Counted from the first letter of the stretch, positions 26,093 through 39,936 are shown. The stretch: 64,000 nucleotides of DNA from Laetmonice hystrix (GCA_965235115.1 OZ249436.1:30320001-30384000); one strand, 5' to 3'. The notes: generated by a model not told the origin, from the letters alone. A program made the numbers and translations.

Positions 26093-27688
26093 GGCAGTCA
26101 CGATGGCATCTAACACAGCCTCCAAACATGTGTGCGGTGGTCTTCAGAAACATGTGTTGTGTGTATAATCTTCTAGATTTAGAATGCGACTAATCCATTC
26201 AATGCTTGATCATGTCATCGAACCTGTAATAGTGGCGTTCTAGAGTAGACTGGTTCGCGATTGTGATGAGGATACATATGTTATGGATATACTAACACTA
26301 TTAACAGGGTTACAAGTCGGCTCGACCAGAAGGTAGGTATAGAGTTTACGTATATATACGTGTGTCACAGTGTGTATGTATAGCGGCATGAACATGATAA
26401 CGGTTATATAATATATGTGTAATCATATACCAGGCGCAATGGCTAATAGCGTAGATCTATAGCTGCTTTTGAGTTTGCATCATAGACGCCATGCATTATA
26501 TTTACTTGCTTTCTTTTCTCTTTAACTTTTGTTGAGCTATATTCTATATTATGCTATCGTATCACTTATACCTTTCCATCATACCAGCTATCTGCATGTG
26601 ATCTACTCTTATACATTTCAAACCTACATATACTTGCAGTATGCAAAGATCTACATAATAAACATACACAAATAGTATGTGTATGTGTAGTAAACATATT
26701 TCAAGCATCTACTATAAAACTTTACAATTATTATCTGCTATATAGGGCCTACCGGTATAGTGCCCCCGGGTATTATACATTTCCAATAGAAAGATATCAA
26801 TAATTATTAACAGATACTGTACATGCATGTTATAGAATGATATTGCATGTATAATGGCAACATATGGTTATCACGTATTATTGTTATGTGGCAACTGAAG
26901 CGGCAAAATTCTATGGGCTAGTCTGAAATGCAGAAAATGTTGAGTTAGACTGAATCGAAACCATCACTATTATTTTTTTCATGACTATAACTAAATAGAC
27001 ATAAATTGGCCTATATATTGTTAAATTATTTTCTGCCTTCTGAAGACATAGACTCGTGTTGTATCCTTTTGGCAAAAGCTGTTCTGAAACTTCTATTAGT
27101 ATATATTAAAAGGGATTATTTTTTAAAATTTCGAAATGATGATCTTTGGCTTTCATTCCTTCGCTTTATCCATAAGCACCTGTCCTATCTTATTTAATGG
27201 TAAATTAATAGCTGTTTTCAGTATAGTTTCTATTTAAATAAGCAGACCACACGATGCTGGCCAGCTTCCGTCCTTGCCGTAAAAAAACATGCCTAAATTA
27301 GATATTCTAATTAAGCCTCAGTGCTAACTTTTTCCTACTAAGCTCCATAGCTTTATTGTACGGTCCAGAAGAGTCTATACAAAGATTTGTTGGGCGTGTT
27401 CTAAGATGTCAAGGACAACTGGGTCAACTCTGGCTTAATGATAAACCAATTGGAAATATTTAATTTCTAGTACACCGACTCAAAATAGACCGGGCTTTGC
27501 GTCATTCAAGAAGAAACAGGGTCGGTTGGTGGATTCTCTTGTCATTGACGTTTGACCAGTCGCCCACTCAAATCTCTTTTATTCGTGCTGTTTCCACATC
27601 ATCAAAACAATATTAACTTGTGCCATTCTTCTGTTCTGACCTTACGACGTCTCTGACCTTATCTTAGAAGAAGTCGAATCGTCGGTGG

Positions 27689-27766
27689 TATTTTGTAAAC
27701 ATTCGATTCAGGCCAGAAGCATTTATCGTAATGTTCTTGCATAATACCGAGTACCGTCTCTAAAAT
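27689..27766 (-). pseudogene. Possible decayed MADF-like segment
   Basis: Single frame ILETVLGIMQEHYDKCFWPESNVYKI, downstream (minus strand) of the GC-rich island at ~27960-28100. Confidence 0.22.
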
Positions 27767-30421
27767 ACCCGGCCGTGGAATAAACAGGTTGAACTTCGAT
27801 GATCTGCGTATACGAAGAGAACCGTTGGTCGGTTGGTTGATTGGTTTGATCCGACTGCTACTATACCAAACCCCCCTGGGGCTATATCCTGCAGCCCGTG
27901 CTCGTATACAAACGCACCTCCATCTTTACCCAGCAAGACAAAGGGGAAAGCGAACATGATCGGGCGGATGAGGGCAGGGAGGCCGGGGTGAGGGGCGGTT
28001 GGTCCGGGCAGGGGTCGCGTCCCCCGAGCCGGTCGAACTGTACACGCCGCCGCCCCTTACCCTGCCTCTTCCCATACAAAATGCCCATCCGCCGTCATGA
28101 TTTGCGCCGACTCCGATTTTTTCTTTGGTTATCTAGCTGTATGAGTGCATACGATACGTCATAAAGCTAGGTTACCAAAGCTAAAACAGGAGTCTGAACC
28201 AGCCGCAGGGACTCGACGCCAACTGCAGGTATTGAGCATGTCTTTCTTTATCTTCATGTATACGCATGCATAGGCCTACAGATGAACGGTGTGTGTATAG
28301 TTGGCCAACAAGGCGTGGCTATATACCCTGCACTTTATATGCTTGCACCTCAGTTGCATGTCCTAGATGTCTTCACGACAGCACAGTCCCTGTTTATGTT
28401 ATAATAGTTGGAATGTCTTGTCTGGATTGATTTTTGTGTCTGTAATTTTTATGTTGAAAATCTATTTGTATTCAACTGTGATCTGATTATAACTGGTATA
28501 TATAAGAAACAGATATAAAAAGGTAAAAACTGTAAAAAATAATTTTTTATTCACAATAAAAATGATTTAGAGAGCTCAAAAAATGCTTCGGTGACTCTAA
28601 TAACTTAATGTTTCATATGATTCCTGCGAAATATAAACCACCCTATTGTTTGATCGAGGCCGGTAAACGTTTTTAGACGAAATAGGTGCAGTGCAGAATT
28701 TGTGCATGCTAGGATTTTGTAAAATGCCACATTTCATGGCAACCTGACAGATACATGGCCCTCAAATGTGACAGAAAGCATTAGAGTTAAATGTTATTAT
28801 ATGCATGTTCATTATAGTTGGCTAGCGTGGGTTAATAAGGCCTCGTTTCCTGTCATTTGACGAAAAACTGACAAAAAGAATAGTAATCGGCCATGTGGGT
28901 TTTACTTGGAACTACATTCTGTCCGATATTTCCGATATATCATGCACTACATAGCGGCAGGAAAATATATTTTGATCGGTTCCATTAAAGTTCTTGATAA
29001 CCATGGTTGCGCGAGCGTTATATTTTGATTGGAAGTCAGACTGTATGCACGGCGCTGCCTGCAGAAAGGCGCTGCTCACAGAAACGTTTCGCCCGCTGTC
29101 CGGTGGGATGTCCTCAAGTCGTGGCGGGGTACGGTCCGGCCGTGCCGACGGTGTGCCGGGCCGGGGATGGGGTCCGGTCGGCCGGGTCTCCCCCGTCCCC
29201 CGGGCTGAGCCTGCCCGCCCGCACGCCCGCACGCATAAACATACCTGCCGACCGACCGCCCCTCTCTAGGATTCCCACCATAACTCCAGGGGCAATCGAT
29301 TCCAACGTGTAGGTATATAGGGCTGTATGAATCCCTCACACCACATCACACATCTTTATCTGACCCAGGAAGGTGAGACGTGAAATCAGACTGAATTCAA
29401 CTTTTACAGGCCTGAAACGAAAGGAAGAGAGCGAAATAATGAAGACAGGGAAATTAACCTTTCTTGCATGGCTGTAATTGAGAACTGTTGAAAGTTGCTC
29501 TTGTTATTGTATTGAGGATCTACCCATGATGTTATAGACTTAGTATTGAAGACCTTTGCATCCTCTTATTAGGAGCAAAAATATATGGTTATTATGTGAA
29601 ATAATTTAGATCAATCATTTTTACAATTTGGCATCGTGCGGATGACAGCTATACTGATATTAAACAGCAAACCCAGATACAATGTTAATATGCGGCAAAA
29701 TGTTGCGACTAATAATCAGAAGATGATAATTATGGCAGTCGTATATAGCGCGTTCTGAAAAATAAGCGTGGATCTTGATTTCATTTATTAATAATTATAA
29801 AAAGGATCATGTCAAAGTTGACAATATAACTTATAATGCAGTCATTATTATATTATTATTGAGCAGCGTGTTGGTATATATAGAAACAGGAATTGCGGAG
29901 GGTATAATGAAAATGCTTGCCTGTGGTGCTGACCATAGAGGTGATAGGTATATTCAACTTCCATGCACTTGGAATTTGTACTTAAGTATTCACTTGTCAA
30001 GAGTTTAAACCCTTCTGAACTTATTAATTCTACTCCGAGATCGATGCATGAACTCCATTCATTTAAATTGAACCGGGGCGGCTTTACTAATTGTCGCATG
30101 TATACACTTACGAGGCGTTTAATCGAGCTTTTAATCGCTTTGATGAGAGTATAATGAAGAAAATGATAAGATCATAAAAATAATGGAAAGAACAATGAGA
30201 TGTTTATCGTTGTAAAGGTTGAGCATGGCGAATCATCATACTTTGGAAGGTCATCACGACGTACGCCCACGTATAGGTTCATGCACGCACGCACAGTGTG
30301 TGATTCAGCCTATCGATGGTCCTGAGATGGTGGCATGCAGCACATGTGACCATCCTATATGTCGGTATCTATGTCACGATGTAAAAGGAACCTTTCAGAC
30401 ATGCCTTAATATAATTATGAT

Positions 30422-30550
30422 CAGGGCCGGATCCAAGGGGGGGCGTGGGGGCATACGCCCCCTATTTTTGGCAGAGTAATGATTTTTTTGAGACTGGAAT
30501 TTTACCAGTATTTTGCCCCCCTGAAAAAAAGGAACAGTTCTTTTCTCAGA
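30422..30550. mobile_element. Truncated left part of a CAG-type MITE
   Basis: CAGGGCCGGATCCAAGGGGGGGCGTGGGGGCATACGCCCCC matches the left ends of the family; no right end seen. Confidence 0.5.
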
Positions 30551-31852
30551 TGCCATCGGTCGACCGACCAACGGGTCGCCCATCGGCCGGTAGGCCTGAC
30601 CCATCGGCCGGTAGGCCTGACCCATCGGCCGGTAGGCCTGACCCATCGGTCGACCAACCTACGGGTTGCCCATCGGCCGGTAGGCCTGACCCATCGGCCG
30701 GTAGGCCTGACCCATCGGTCGACCGACCAACGGGTTGCCCATCGGCCGGTATAGGCCTGACCCATCGGTCGACCGACCAACGAGTTGCCCATCGGCCGGT
30801 AGGCCTGACCCATCGGCCGGTAGGCCTGACCCATCGGCCGGTAGGCCTGACCCATCGGCCGGTAGGCCTGACACATCGGCCGGTAGGCCTGACACATCGG
30901 TCGACCAACCTACGGGTTGCCCATCGGCCGGTAGGCCTGACCCATCGGCCGGTAGGCCTGACCCATCGGCCGGTAGGCCTGACCCATCGGCCGGTAGGCC
31001 TGACACATCGGCCGGTAGGCCTGACACATCGGTCGACCAACCTACGGGTTGCCCATCGGCCGGTAGGCCTGACCCATCGGCCGGTAGGCCTGACCCATCG
31101 GATTGCCCATCGACCTTCGGGTAAACCGTTGGATGATCCCCGGCGCGCCAGGTCTCGACCCATCGGCCGGTGGGTCTGACCCATGGGTGGATGGCTTGGG
31201 GCGTAGAAGCAGAGTTAAAATATTAAAGAAAAACTTGGAAATTATAGGAAAGAACTATATACTGCTTTAGATTATCCTAAAATTAGGTTTAACGTAAATA
31301 CCTAAGTGTTTTCATTTCTCCATGCCGCCTCTTCTCCCTGCTTCTATTGGCCCGTGGTACCTATACAGGGGGTTCGGTATCTGAGGATATCTTAACAAAG
31401 AAAGTTTAAGTTTGTAGAGGTTTATGCCAACCTAGTAACATGATCTATGCTCTCAGCCGTGCAGGCGGTGAGAAAATCCATTATATATCTGGTCAGATGT
31501 CAGTACGTTTCCTTGACTTACTATACTTACTATAAATAACTTTGTATACCCTACACAATAATATTATTGTGGTTAATGTTTGATTATTAGGTTTTTGAAA
31601 TATGCTTGCTTAAAAACAGGCAAGGTAACTTATTTCTTAAGGCTAAAACCTCTCCTTCCTTGTCACAAAAGATATCCACCGGTGGGTCAGATCCACCATG
31701 CAATTAACAGTGCAGACACCTTATAAACCCATCGGCAGATGGGTCACACCAACGGCAGATAATTGAGCAACGATCGAGCAGCCCATTGGTCGATCCACCG
31801 ATGGGTCTAACCCATCGGCCGATGGGTCAGATCGACCCGATGGCACGTAACA
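30551..31852. mobile_element. Putative non-autonomous DNA transposon whose left subterminal repeats expanded into the array
   Basis: Left TGCCATCGGTCGA is inverted at the right as TCGACCCGATGGCA(CGTAACA). CCCATCGG/CCGATGGG motifs recur at 31160-31190 and 31728-31845. The right end ...CGTAACA is a TGT..ACA-style terminus; the left terminus appears clipped. Confidence 0.45.
30552..31100. repeat. Compound 21-bp/27-bp minisatellite with a 132-bp higher-order repeat
   Basis: Unit A CCCATCGGCCGGTAGGCCTGA and unit B CCCATCGGTCGACC(G/A)ACC(A/T)ACGGGTTG. Block A5B at 30788-30919 is repeated exactly at 30920-31051, including the CCCATC>CACATC variants. Confidence 0.97.
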
Positions 31853-33748
31853 TTACACTCAAAACGGGAGAGCACACTCACGTTACACATGTAATGTGCT
31901 ACAGACAATTCTGATGGTCTTTTATGGTTGGTCTCTCAGGTTTTACCAACACGTTGGTTTTGTTAATCTTAAACAAAGAAAGTCATTTTGAAAAGTCGCT
32001 TTACTAACAAAAAGTGCTGCGGTGAATGTCATGCGTGGGGTGAGGATGGCCAACTCATCTCACGGTCTCTTGTCCCAAAACTACAATAAATTATTACATG
32101 ATGGAAAACGATCGTTCAGAGAATCTGGCTGTATACGACGGATGATGCATCAGATGGTGTTGTTAAAATGACTTTTAATTTACGACAGACGAGCAGTTAT
32201 GTCACCCATAGCAGACCATGTATCCTCATCAGATTTGTGTATTACAGTGTTTCATTTCACTAGGGACGTTGTGTCAAATAATATCTGTAGAACGATTCTT
32301 TTTCAAATGTATACATGCGCTTTCATCCATATCGTAGCCTACATGATACATTACACATTAAAAGAAATGTAATGAAATATATTTTATCTAGTATTTACAA
32401 ATAAAACTTTGAAATGCAAAAAAAAGTCTCATTTTTCTACTATTAGTTTGCATCTTTGCTCATAATGACCCGATAGCAAAGTAATTGGGTTACCCCTGAT
32501 GCCCGTGCATTTCAAAAGAAAAATACAGGTGGTGTATATAGTCGGGCCTCAAGATTCCGTAGACAGGGTTAAGGAATTTTTGTGGAAAACAAAACCAACT
32601 TGAATTTAAGATTAAGATTGATGTTTTTTCCATGTTCTCGGATTAAATTATTATGGGATAGTAATGATCCATAACTATACAGAGTAATTAAAACACGTGT
32701 AAAGACAAGAACCCCCATCCATTCATCATTTCAATCAAGACAATAATTTATTAATATTTGTTCAGGACAATCTTATGTGATATTTAACAAATATTTAGAA
32801 TAGTATGTATTATGTGAACGGTTGTAAGCTCCCTGCCTGCACACTAATTCAGACATTAAGAACCTACTTTATTTATCGTAAAATTTAGTGAATGCTTCAA
32901 AAGATATCGAATAACATTTTGATATGATAAAGCTTCGAAATCTAAAATGAAATCCCGAAATGTAGCTGTAACAGTCCAAATATATACAATGCGTATAAAA
33001 AATAAGGTAATGCGATTTCAAGGGGTTAGCATGCGAAGTTTATTATCCCGTTCCTCCGACTGAGGAACGGGATCCTGAAATTGTACGGTTTGGGTGTACA
33101 CTATTATTATTATTATTGTTGTAGTTAAGGTCGGGTCAATATCTCCCTCAGTTTTCAAGATATCTGGATGAAACTTTCAGGCTAGATACATCATGACATG
33201 GAGACCTCAACATATGATGGAATATGTCATATGACGTCATGACGTCATGTTATGACGTATTATGTTCGGCAACTTTGAGATCACGTGGTACACTTCCAGT
33301 CAGAGATAGACAAAAGTTATTCATGTCATCTTACTTAGGACTTGTACCTTTATAATTTACCACATACATTTGACCTTTGACCTTTGACCTTTCTGACATA
33401 CAGGTCAAGACATAGAAAACAGTCAAAATCTATCTACTCCTTCATTTTTTACAGAATCTTCTCCAAATTTGATTTATAGCTTCGTCATAGTGGGGCGGAT
33501 CGATTGATGGCAGTTTTTTTTAAAATATGACGTCATATCGCTGAGTCACGTGACTTTGAATTTTGTCTATTTTGCATGTAATGAGGAAGTTCGTGGAATT
33601 TCGTTGATATCTAATGATAATGGCATAATTCTCTTCCACTAGGCGTCCTTTATAAGCCTGCTATGACGTAACGATGGTATGACGTAACACACAGTTCTCT
33701 ACCACTATGGTGATTCATTTACAGCAACACTCAACAAATTGAGTGTGT

Positions 33749-33831
33749 GCCCGGATGGCTTAGTGGTAGAGTCTATGATCTTCATGCCAGAGGTCTCGGG
33801 TTCGAATCCCACCTGTGACAAAAATTTTTTT
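33749..33831 (+). pseudogene. tRNA-derived Pol III cassette 1 inside the Helentron
   Basis: A box TGGCTTAGTGG (33756-66), B box GGTTCGAATCC (33799-809), T-run terminator ~33825-31. The acceptor stem does not pair, so it is not a functional tRNA. Confidence 0.65.
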
Positions 33832-34007
33832 CATTTATTTATATATGTTCTACCTCCGGTAATCTTGGTAAATAGCTCTCTTACAATAGGGGACCTTTAT
33901 AAGCCTGGTATGGCGTCTCCCCGGTATGATGTAATTCATCGTTGTTTACTTCTATGCCAATGGCAATGGTCATTCATTTATTGCAGGACTCTACTAATTG
34001 TGTGCGT

Positions 34008-34095
34008 GTACGGATGGTGCTGTGGTAGAGTGTAGGACTTTCTTGCCAAGGGTCGTGGATTCGAATCCTACCCATGGCATGATTTTTATTTTTTT
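34008..34095 (+). pseudogene. tRNA-derived Pol III cassette 2 inside the Helentron
   Basis: A box TGGTGCTGTGG (34015-25), B box GATTCGAATCC (34058-68), T-run from 34083. Paralogous to cassette 1 with ~259-bp period (shared upstream CCTTTATAAGCCTG). Confidence 0.55.
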
Positions 34096-35698
34096 TAAAT
34101 ATTTTCTACTTAGTTCTTAATTACTGTGGTCATGAATTTACAGAAACACTCTACAAAATATGTGTGTGAACAGATGTGTGGGAATTTTATGACAAGGGTA
34201 TTGCCTAAAAATCCCACCTATGTCAACCCTTTTTTTTGGTATTCATTTTTAAATTTTTTATTTGGAAGAATTTTTTGTGTACACAGGTGTCTAAGTGGTC
34301 TGTCGGTACCCTATGCTCCGTACTGGTCAAAATGTATCTGCTCCCTCATTTTTTGGAGAATCTTCTCCAGATTTGGCATATACCTTCCCCACAGTCTTTC
34401 TCTTGTAACCCTATGCTCATTATTGGTATGATTGACTTGCTTTCATGCTATACAGAACCTTTCTAGATACATCCATAGAGGAACGGGATACCTGATTGCC
34501 TGCAATCTGCATGTCTAGTTAAGTTTGACCGTCTACATGTGGGTTGCCAATTAAGAGGAGCTCCTCAGCTCTCCATCTATGAGCTTCGTGCATTATTGCT
34601 GTCACACATGACCGAGTACATTTTTATTAAAATAACAGTTTAAAACGCATTTTTCCACTTTTTTTAGTAATCGGTTCAAGTCAGTAATGAATAAGTTCAC
34701 ATCTTATTTGGTTTACCAACTTAACATGATAAACAAGCAAGATTCTCTTAAGAATGATTTGAATTGATTAAAAAAAGGAGTTTGGGGAAATGTTGTAACT
34801 ACGAAAGTCCGCTGCTAAGTCGTAAGTTAAATAATCTTTTAAATTAATCCGACTGTCCCTAAACTCGCATACTGTAGGTCGGTCCTGCAGGAAAAGATGA
34901 CGTAACCAATCATTACCAAACCACCTTATAAATCTTACATAATAGGCTTGGCAGTCAAGAAGATATAGTGGCCCGTCCATTTTCAGACGGACTTGCACCG
35001 ATTTGAACTGTTTCAATAAAAACGTATTCCGGGATGTACAAGAAAGGAATCAATGGAAAGCCAAGGAGTTCCGCTTCATTGCTAAACCACATGCTAACCT
35101 CTTGAAGTCAGATTACCTGTCTTTTGGGATACGCCCTGTATATTTGTTTGTTTGTTTTGTTTGTTTGTTTGTCGGTTGGTATACTCGCTCGTTCATTCAT
35201 TCATTTATTTATTTTTCATTCATTTATTCAATATCTTTTATTTCTTGCATCACAATAAAATCTTCATCTAAGAAAGGGACACAATATAAAAAAATAATAC
35301 AGAGAACACTTTGAGGAGAGTCACTATTGTAAGATGATGGCGGTATCTACTGTAAGTGAAAACCCATGGGTAAGTCTGAAATATCAGGTATATCTACGAC
35401 AACTATCAGAATCGACCTGACCCCGAGCGAGCACGCTTTGAACACAGCGTGAACACGGTCGAGATATCGTGAAAAGCAATTCATGATTGTTCGCAATACT
35501 AATTTAAACTGAATGCTCTTGAAAGAGAGTTTTTGAGGTATATAGGCCTACATAATAGCTCGGGGTTTTCCTGAGATACACCGTCAGTGTTAAAATTATT
35601 TAAAAATGAGTACATGCCTTAGCCGTGTATAAGCCTAGAATCTATAATTACTGAAGCTAAAGGGGGGCACGCGTGGCCCCTGTGCGCCCCCCCCCCTG

Positions 35699-37188
35699 CA
35701 GGGGCGCCGCTGCCGGGGGGGACGGGGGGACATGTCCCCCCCCACTTTTGCTGGCGATCTAAAAAGGTCAAAGGCTCCTTGAAGTTGAAGCTAGGCCTAA
35801 TAAATAGATAGATCTACAGGTCTTCTTATACTCCCTAGGCCTAGCTTTTTAAGGTTAATTGCCCATGGGAGGCAAATTAAAGATAGATTTTCATCATTTT
35901 TAATCTTGGCCTTCGCAGGCCTAAGCCTATGTCATGTGTTTAGGAGATAGGTCTATGCTTTGCTGTTCTATAATTAATATGGGCCTAACCGCGGCCTAGA
36001 TCCCCTGCAGCTTCCCTGTGTACCTTAGTCCTACCACACTGGCGGGTCCAGGGTAGAGGGTCACATAGGGTCTGGACCCCCTAAAATATATATATTTCAT
36101 GGCGCGCCTCCTGCCGTTCATGGCGCCTCACGGCATTGTAGGGCTACATAAGACTTTTGACATCATTGGTCTTTAAATAGCTTTGTGCTCCAAAATGCAT
36201 CAGATTTCACCAAATTACACCTTGAATTTGAAAAATTTCCGGGGGGCATGCCCCCAGACCCCCTGGCAAGGCTTTGTGCCTTCGGCGCTCGTACAGTCAC
36301 ACCGGTTGCGTCCCTAAAAACGTTGGCCCCCCTATTTGAAAAAGCTGGATCTGCCCCTGTACCGTCTCTTGCTTAGCTCATAGACCTGAATATTCAGGTC
36401 AATCTTAAGCTCTAGGAAATCTAGGCCATGCTTAAATTATTGTCTGACAGCGTAGGCCTGCGGCCGTCAACATTTTTCACCCCCATGTTGGGCCTTCCTA
36501 TTTGATTTTGAAGAAAAATACCTCATGCGTGAATGTATTCAAATAATGAGTGAGGTTTACCAATTTTTACTAGGCCTAGTGTGGTAGAATAGAAAGTGGC
36601 AAGTAGGATGGGGACGGTCTCTATTTTATTTGGTAAAAGTGTGTTTTAGGCCTAATCGTCAACTTTTTTGGCTTCTGATAAATATTGCTTGATACTGTTT
36701 TTTGTGATGTCAACGGCCAGGTGGGACCTAAAAAATTTTTTTAGCCTCGCTACGCTCGGCATGATTTCATTGTAACTGTAGGTACTAATAGTATAATACA
36801 TCTTCATACAAAAAAAAGAAGATTTAAGGGAAGGCAAGCCCCCTGATTAATCCCTCACTGATTAATACATTAATCTTGAGCAAAAGGTCGGCACCGAAAG
36901 CTCTTTAGTTTGATGCTGAGAAGCCGGGAAATAGCACCGATGGCCTTTTATATTCCCAAAGTCGGAGCACCCCCCCCCCTTTCGGCGCGTAGCACCTTCT
37001 GACACCCCCCCCCCCCCCCCCCCCCCCCGCAAAGAAAATCCTGGGTCCGCCCCTTGGGGGGGGGGGTGAATACACTGTTATTTTGCAATTCTTATGGTAG
37101 GCGCTACATAAATCTCGGGGGGAAAGGTCAAACACACCAAGATTGTCTCCCCCCCCCCCCCACTTTGAAATAGGCAGCGGCGCCCCTG
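35699..37188. mobile_element. 1.49-kb non-autonomous CAG..CTG element with perfect 5-bp TSD, nested in another MITE end
   Basis: Perfect 16-bp TIR CAGGGGCGCCGCTGCC / GGCAGCGGCGCCCCTG; TSD CCCTG (35694-98, 37189-93). Removing it restores ...GCGCCCCCCCCCCTGGATCCGCC. Confidence 0.88.
36037..36359. mobile_element. MITE nested within 35699-37188
   Basis: CACTGGCGGGTCCAG / CTGGATCTGCCCCTG; flanks TACCA / TACCG. Internal 36165-36262 is the inverted homologue of ~54935-55040. Confidence 0.7.
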
Positions 37189-37715
37189 CCCTGGATCCGC
37201 CTTTGTGAAGCTCATAGAGAACTTCTTCCCACCGGAAGAATAATAGCAACACGCTGCTGATGATTACCAAAGAAAAAAGGTGAATAATAAAGAGAATCGT
37301 TTAAAAAGACTATTTCACGCGTGTATTTTGCACCTTTGTGTCAACTTTGTTTACGCGTCATGCAATATTTGGCCATAATTTTGTATAAAGGTCTTGTCAC
37401 TTGATCAAGTTGATTGTTTATAAAAGAGCCTCTACCAGTTAGTGGAGTCTATAGAGCCCTTCTTGACCAAAGCCATTCAAAGCGAAAACTCCCATTGAGA
37501 TTACACTTGTAATGAAGGTATACGATGCTGTTGGAGGTATAATGGTATTACCATGCAGTTAAGTAAAAAGGATATCTGTTCTTAACCACGATATACACCA
37601 GCAACCAGAAAATGTCATTCATCACCCAGAGACCTAAGATTAAACCCTCTTCATTATGACTTGGCGGTTAGATCTGTTTGGATTAACACCAGTTCCTGAT
37701 TAATTGAACAATGAG

Positions 37716-37811
37716 GAGATTAATAACAGCAGTGTACATTCCAACGGTTGTTGGCAGTCTAGAGATTAATAACTAGTAGTGTACATTCCAACGGTTGTTG
37801 GCAGTCTAGAG
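37716..37811. repeat. 46-bp tandem duplication
   Basis: GAGATTAATAAC(T)AG(C/T)AGTGTACATTCCAACGGTTGTTGGCAGTCTA twice. Confidence 0.9.
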
Positions 37812-38089
37812 CCAAACGTTCAGAACTCAACTGTCGGTCTCCAATACATTTATATTGTTGTACGTATAATACCGTGATTCCTACCTATCCAATAGCTGAT
37901 TTAATACCTGTCAGTATAAATGAGCAGGTTGTGTGGATTTGGCTGAGCCTCAGCTCCAAGGAACAATTCCGTCACCGTATAATTTACGTACTGGAATTCA
38001 CTCGAAGCATAACCTATCGTGAGATCGACTGTGTCAGTATTATGTCATTGAGAAACTTTCGGCTCTGCTGCCCCTCTCTCGCTTTTACT

Positions 38090-38146
38090 GTCTCTCTCTC
38101 TCTGTCTCTCTCTGTCTCTCTTTCTCTATCTCTCTCGCTCTCTGTG

Positions 38147-38178
<32 letters not shown>
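38090..38178. repeat. (CT)n microsatellite, imperfect
   Basis: Direct reading. Confidence 0.95.
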
Positions 38179-39249
38179 AAACTACTGACGGAATACAGGT
38201 CTGTATAGGCATAGGCCTACAACACATGAATTTCATTTTGAACCAAGACAAAGGGACGGCCACTCAAGGTCGGGTATCAACCCGGGAGGTGTGAGGGGGG
38301 GGGGGTGCTGTATGGCCGGTGCGGGTCCTCTCGCGGTCATCGCGGCAGTGCTGCATGCATGGCGAAACGGGCCGCATTATCAGATGGGCGCTGTTAGAGG
38401 GATGCTTCGTGTCCGCAAACAATTTGGGAGGAGTAGGTACAACAATAGGTTAACAATGATACCCTGCCCACTCTTTTAGTGACACCTGTGGTGAGGCAGT
38501 GACTGCTCAGGTGTGTAAAGTACAAATTACACGGCTAGTGGAGAGTGAACCACAAACCCACGCTGGCCACAAGCTGGTCGCTGACCGTGCCGACCACAAG
38601 CCAACCCCACCACCATCGCCATCCGTTATAACTCTCACACCCCAACCCCCAACCCCTCTCCGACACACACCGCCAACCACCCACTCAGACCTTTAATTAG
38701 GGCTGTCTCTAACACTGTCCCAACGATTAAAGTTAATAACTAATTCAAAATGTCTCAAACAGTTATCACTTCCGCGTGTTTGTGGAAGAGAATGCATTAC
38801 GTCGTTACCAAGATTTTGAGAATTGATTTAAGAGTCAAATAATATTGTTATTCAACGGTTACTTTCCTGATCTATCGCCAGTTGCAATCGAACCTGTTTG
38901 TAATGATAAAAATACATCTCACGTTTTCTATAGTAGATTTCATATTGCTGAAATAAAAAAGGACTTATGAGGCATAATATTTCATATCCGTGTATTTGGT
39001 TGCTGTTAAAAATTTGGGCAATATTATGCAGTGTCTTCGAAAGCAATCTTACAAAAGTATTTAATGGTTTTATTGTAACTGGTTAGGTAAACCTGTAAGA
39101 AAATATGAGCGACCCCTTAAAGACATACATGAAGTACACCAAATGTATATCTCCCCGACCCTCTCCTCCCAGGTCTCTGTGGTATACAGTCATGATGTTC
39201 ACGATATGTTGGTATATACATATTTAGTCTGTCAATGGCAGCAAACAAA

Positions 39250-39362
39250 AGAAGAAGACGAAGAAGGAGAAGAAGGAGAAGAAGAAGAAGAAGAAGAAGA
39301 AGAAGAAGAACAACAACAACAACAACAAGCAGAAGAACAAGAAAAAGAACAAGAACAAGAAC
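39250..39362. repeat. (GAA)n/(CAA)n compound microsatellite
   Basis: Direct reading. Confidence 0.95.
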
Positions 39363-39936
39363 TAGGCTACAGTGGATTTGATTGTACACTTTAATGCAGG
39401 TCTATTATTGAACAGCATTGAAAGGAGCAAACCTATATTTTTCACCAGTTAAGCGTTTCATACAGTTCTGATTAAAGAAGCATGACCACAAGAGCAAAAT
39501 AATTTAGATATTGTCATTCCCTGATAAATTGTCTCTTCAACCGGGCAAACTATAACGGTTTAAGCACTATAGCTAAAATCACAAATCTTAAACGCCTTAT
39601 ATCGTGTACGTGTGCCATATACATAAATACATGTATACAGTACGTCTTCAAATCAACCGGCGGCATACATGATTTTATTACGTCCATTTAGCTGTACACC
39701 ATTGCAAAAATGGTGTATGCAATCCAAAGGAACATAATGTAGCGACTCCATTAATGGCAAGCCCCAGTATGAAGAGTGCCTGGCCTGCAACCTTTTGGAT
39801 AATACGGTAAATTGGAAAGTGGTGTCACTTAACACATAATGCCACCAAGGGTGAACGAGGTCACGATATGAAATGTTCTTTCGTCATTTTACCAGTATTA
39901 TATTGTAATGCTTTAAAGCTTCAATTATTCAGTTAA

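Larger units (their letters stand above)
33039..34520 (+). mobile_element. Non-autonomous Helentron (HINE/DINE-like)
   Basis: 5' TTTATTATCCCGTTCCTC-CGACT-GAGGAACGGGAT hairpin (33045-33073), (TAT)n microsatellite, TGACCTT repeats, 3' subTIR GAGGAACGGGAT (34478-34489), 3' stem-loop GATTGC-CT-GCAATC and terminal CTAGTT; inserted at TT without a TSD. Confidence 0.85.

Noticed and set aside
30395..31184. Long ORFs (up to 244 aa) on both strands
   Set aside because: Translations of the 21/27-bp repeat, open in several frames only because the units lack stops.
33749..34080. Functional tRNA genes
   Set aside because: Acceptor and anticodon stems do not pair properly and both lie within a Helentron; kept only as tRNA-derived cassettes.
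39143..39394. Poly-Glu/Gln protein
   Set aside because: Translation of a (GAA)n(CAA)n microsatellite.
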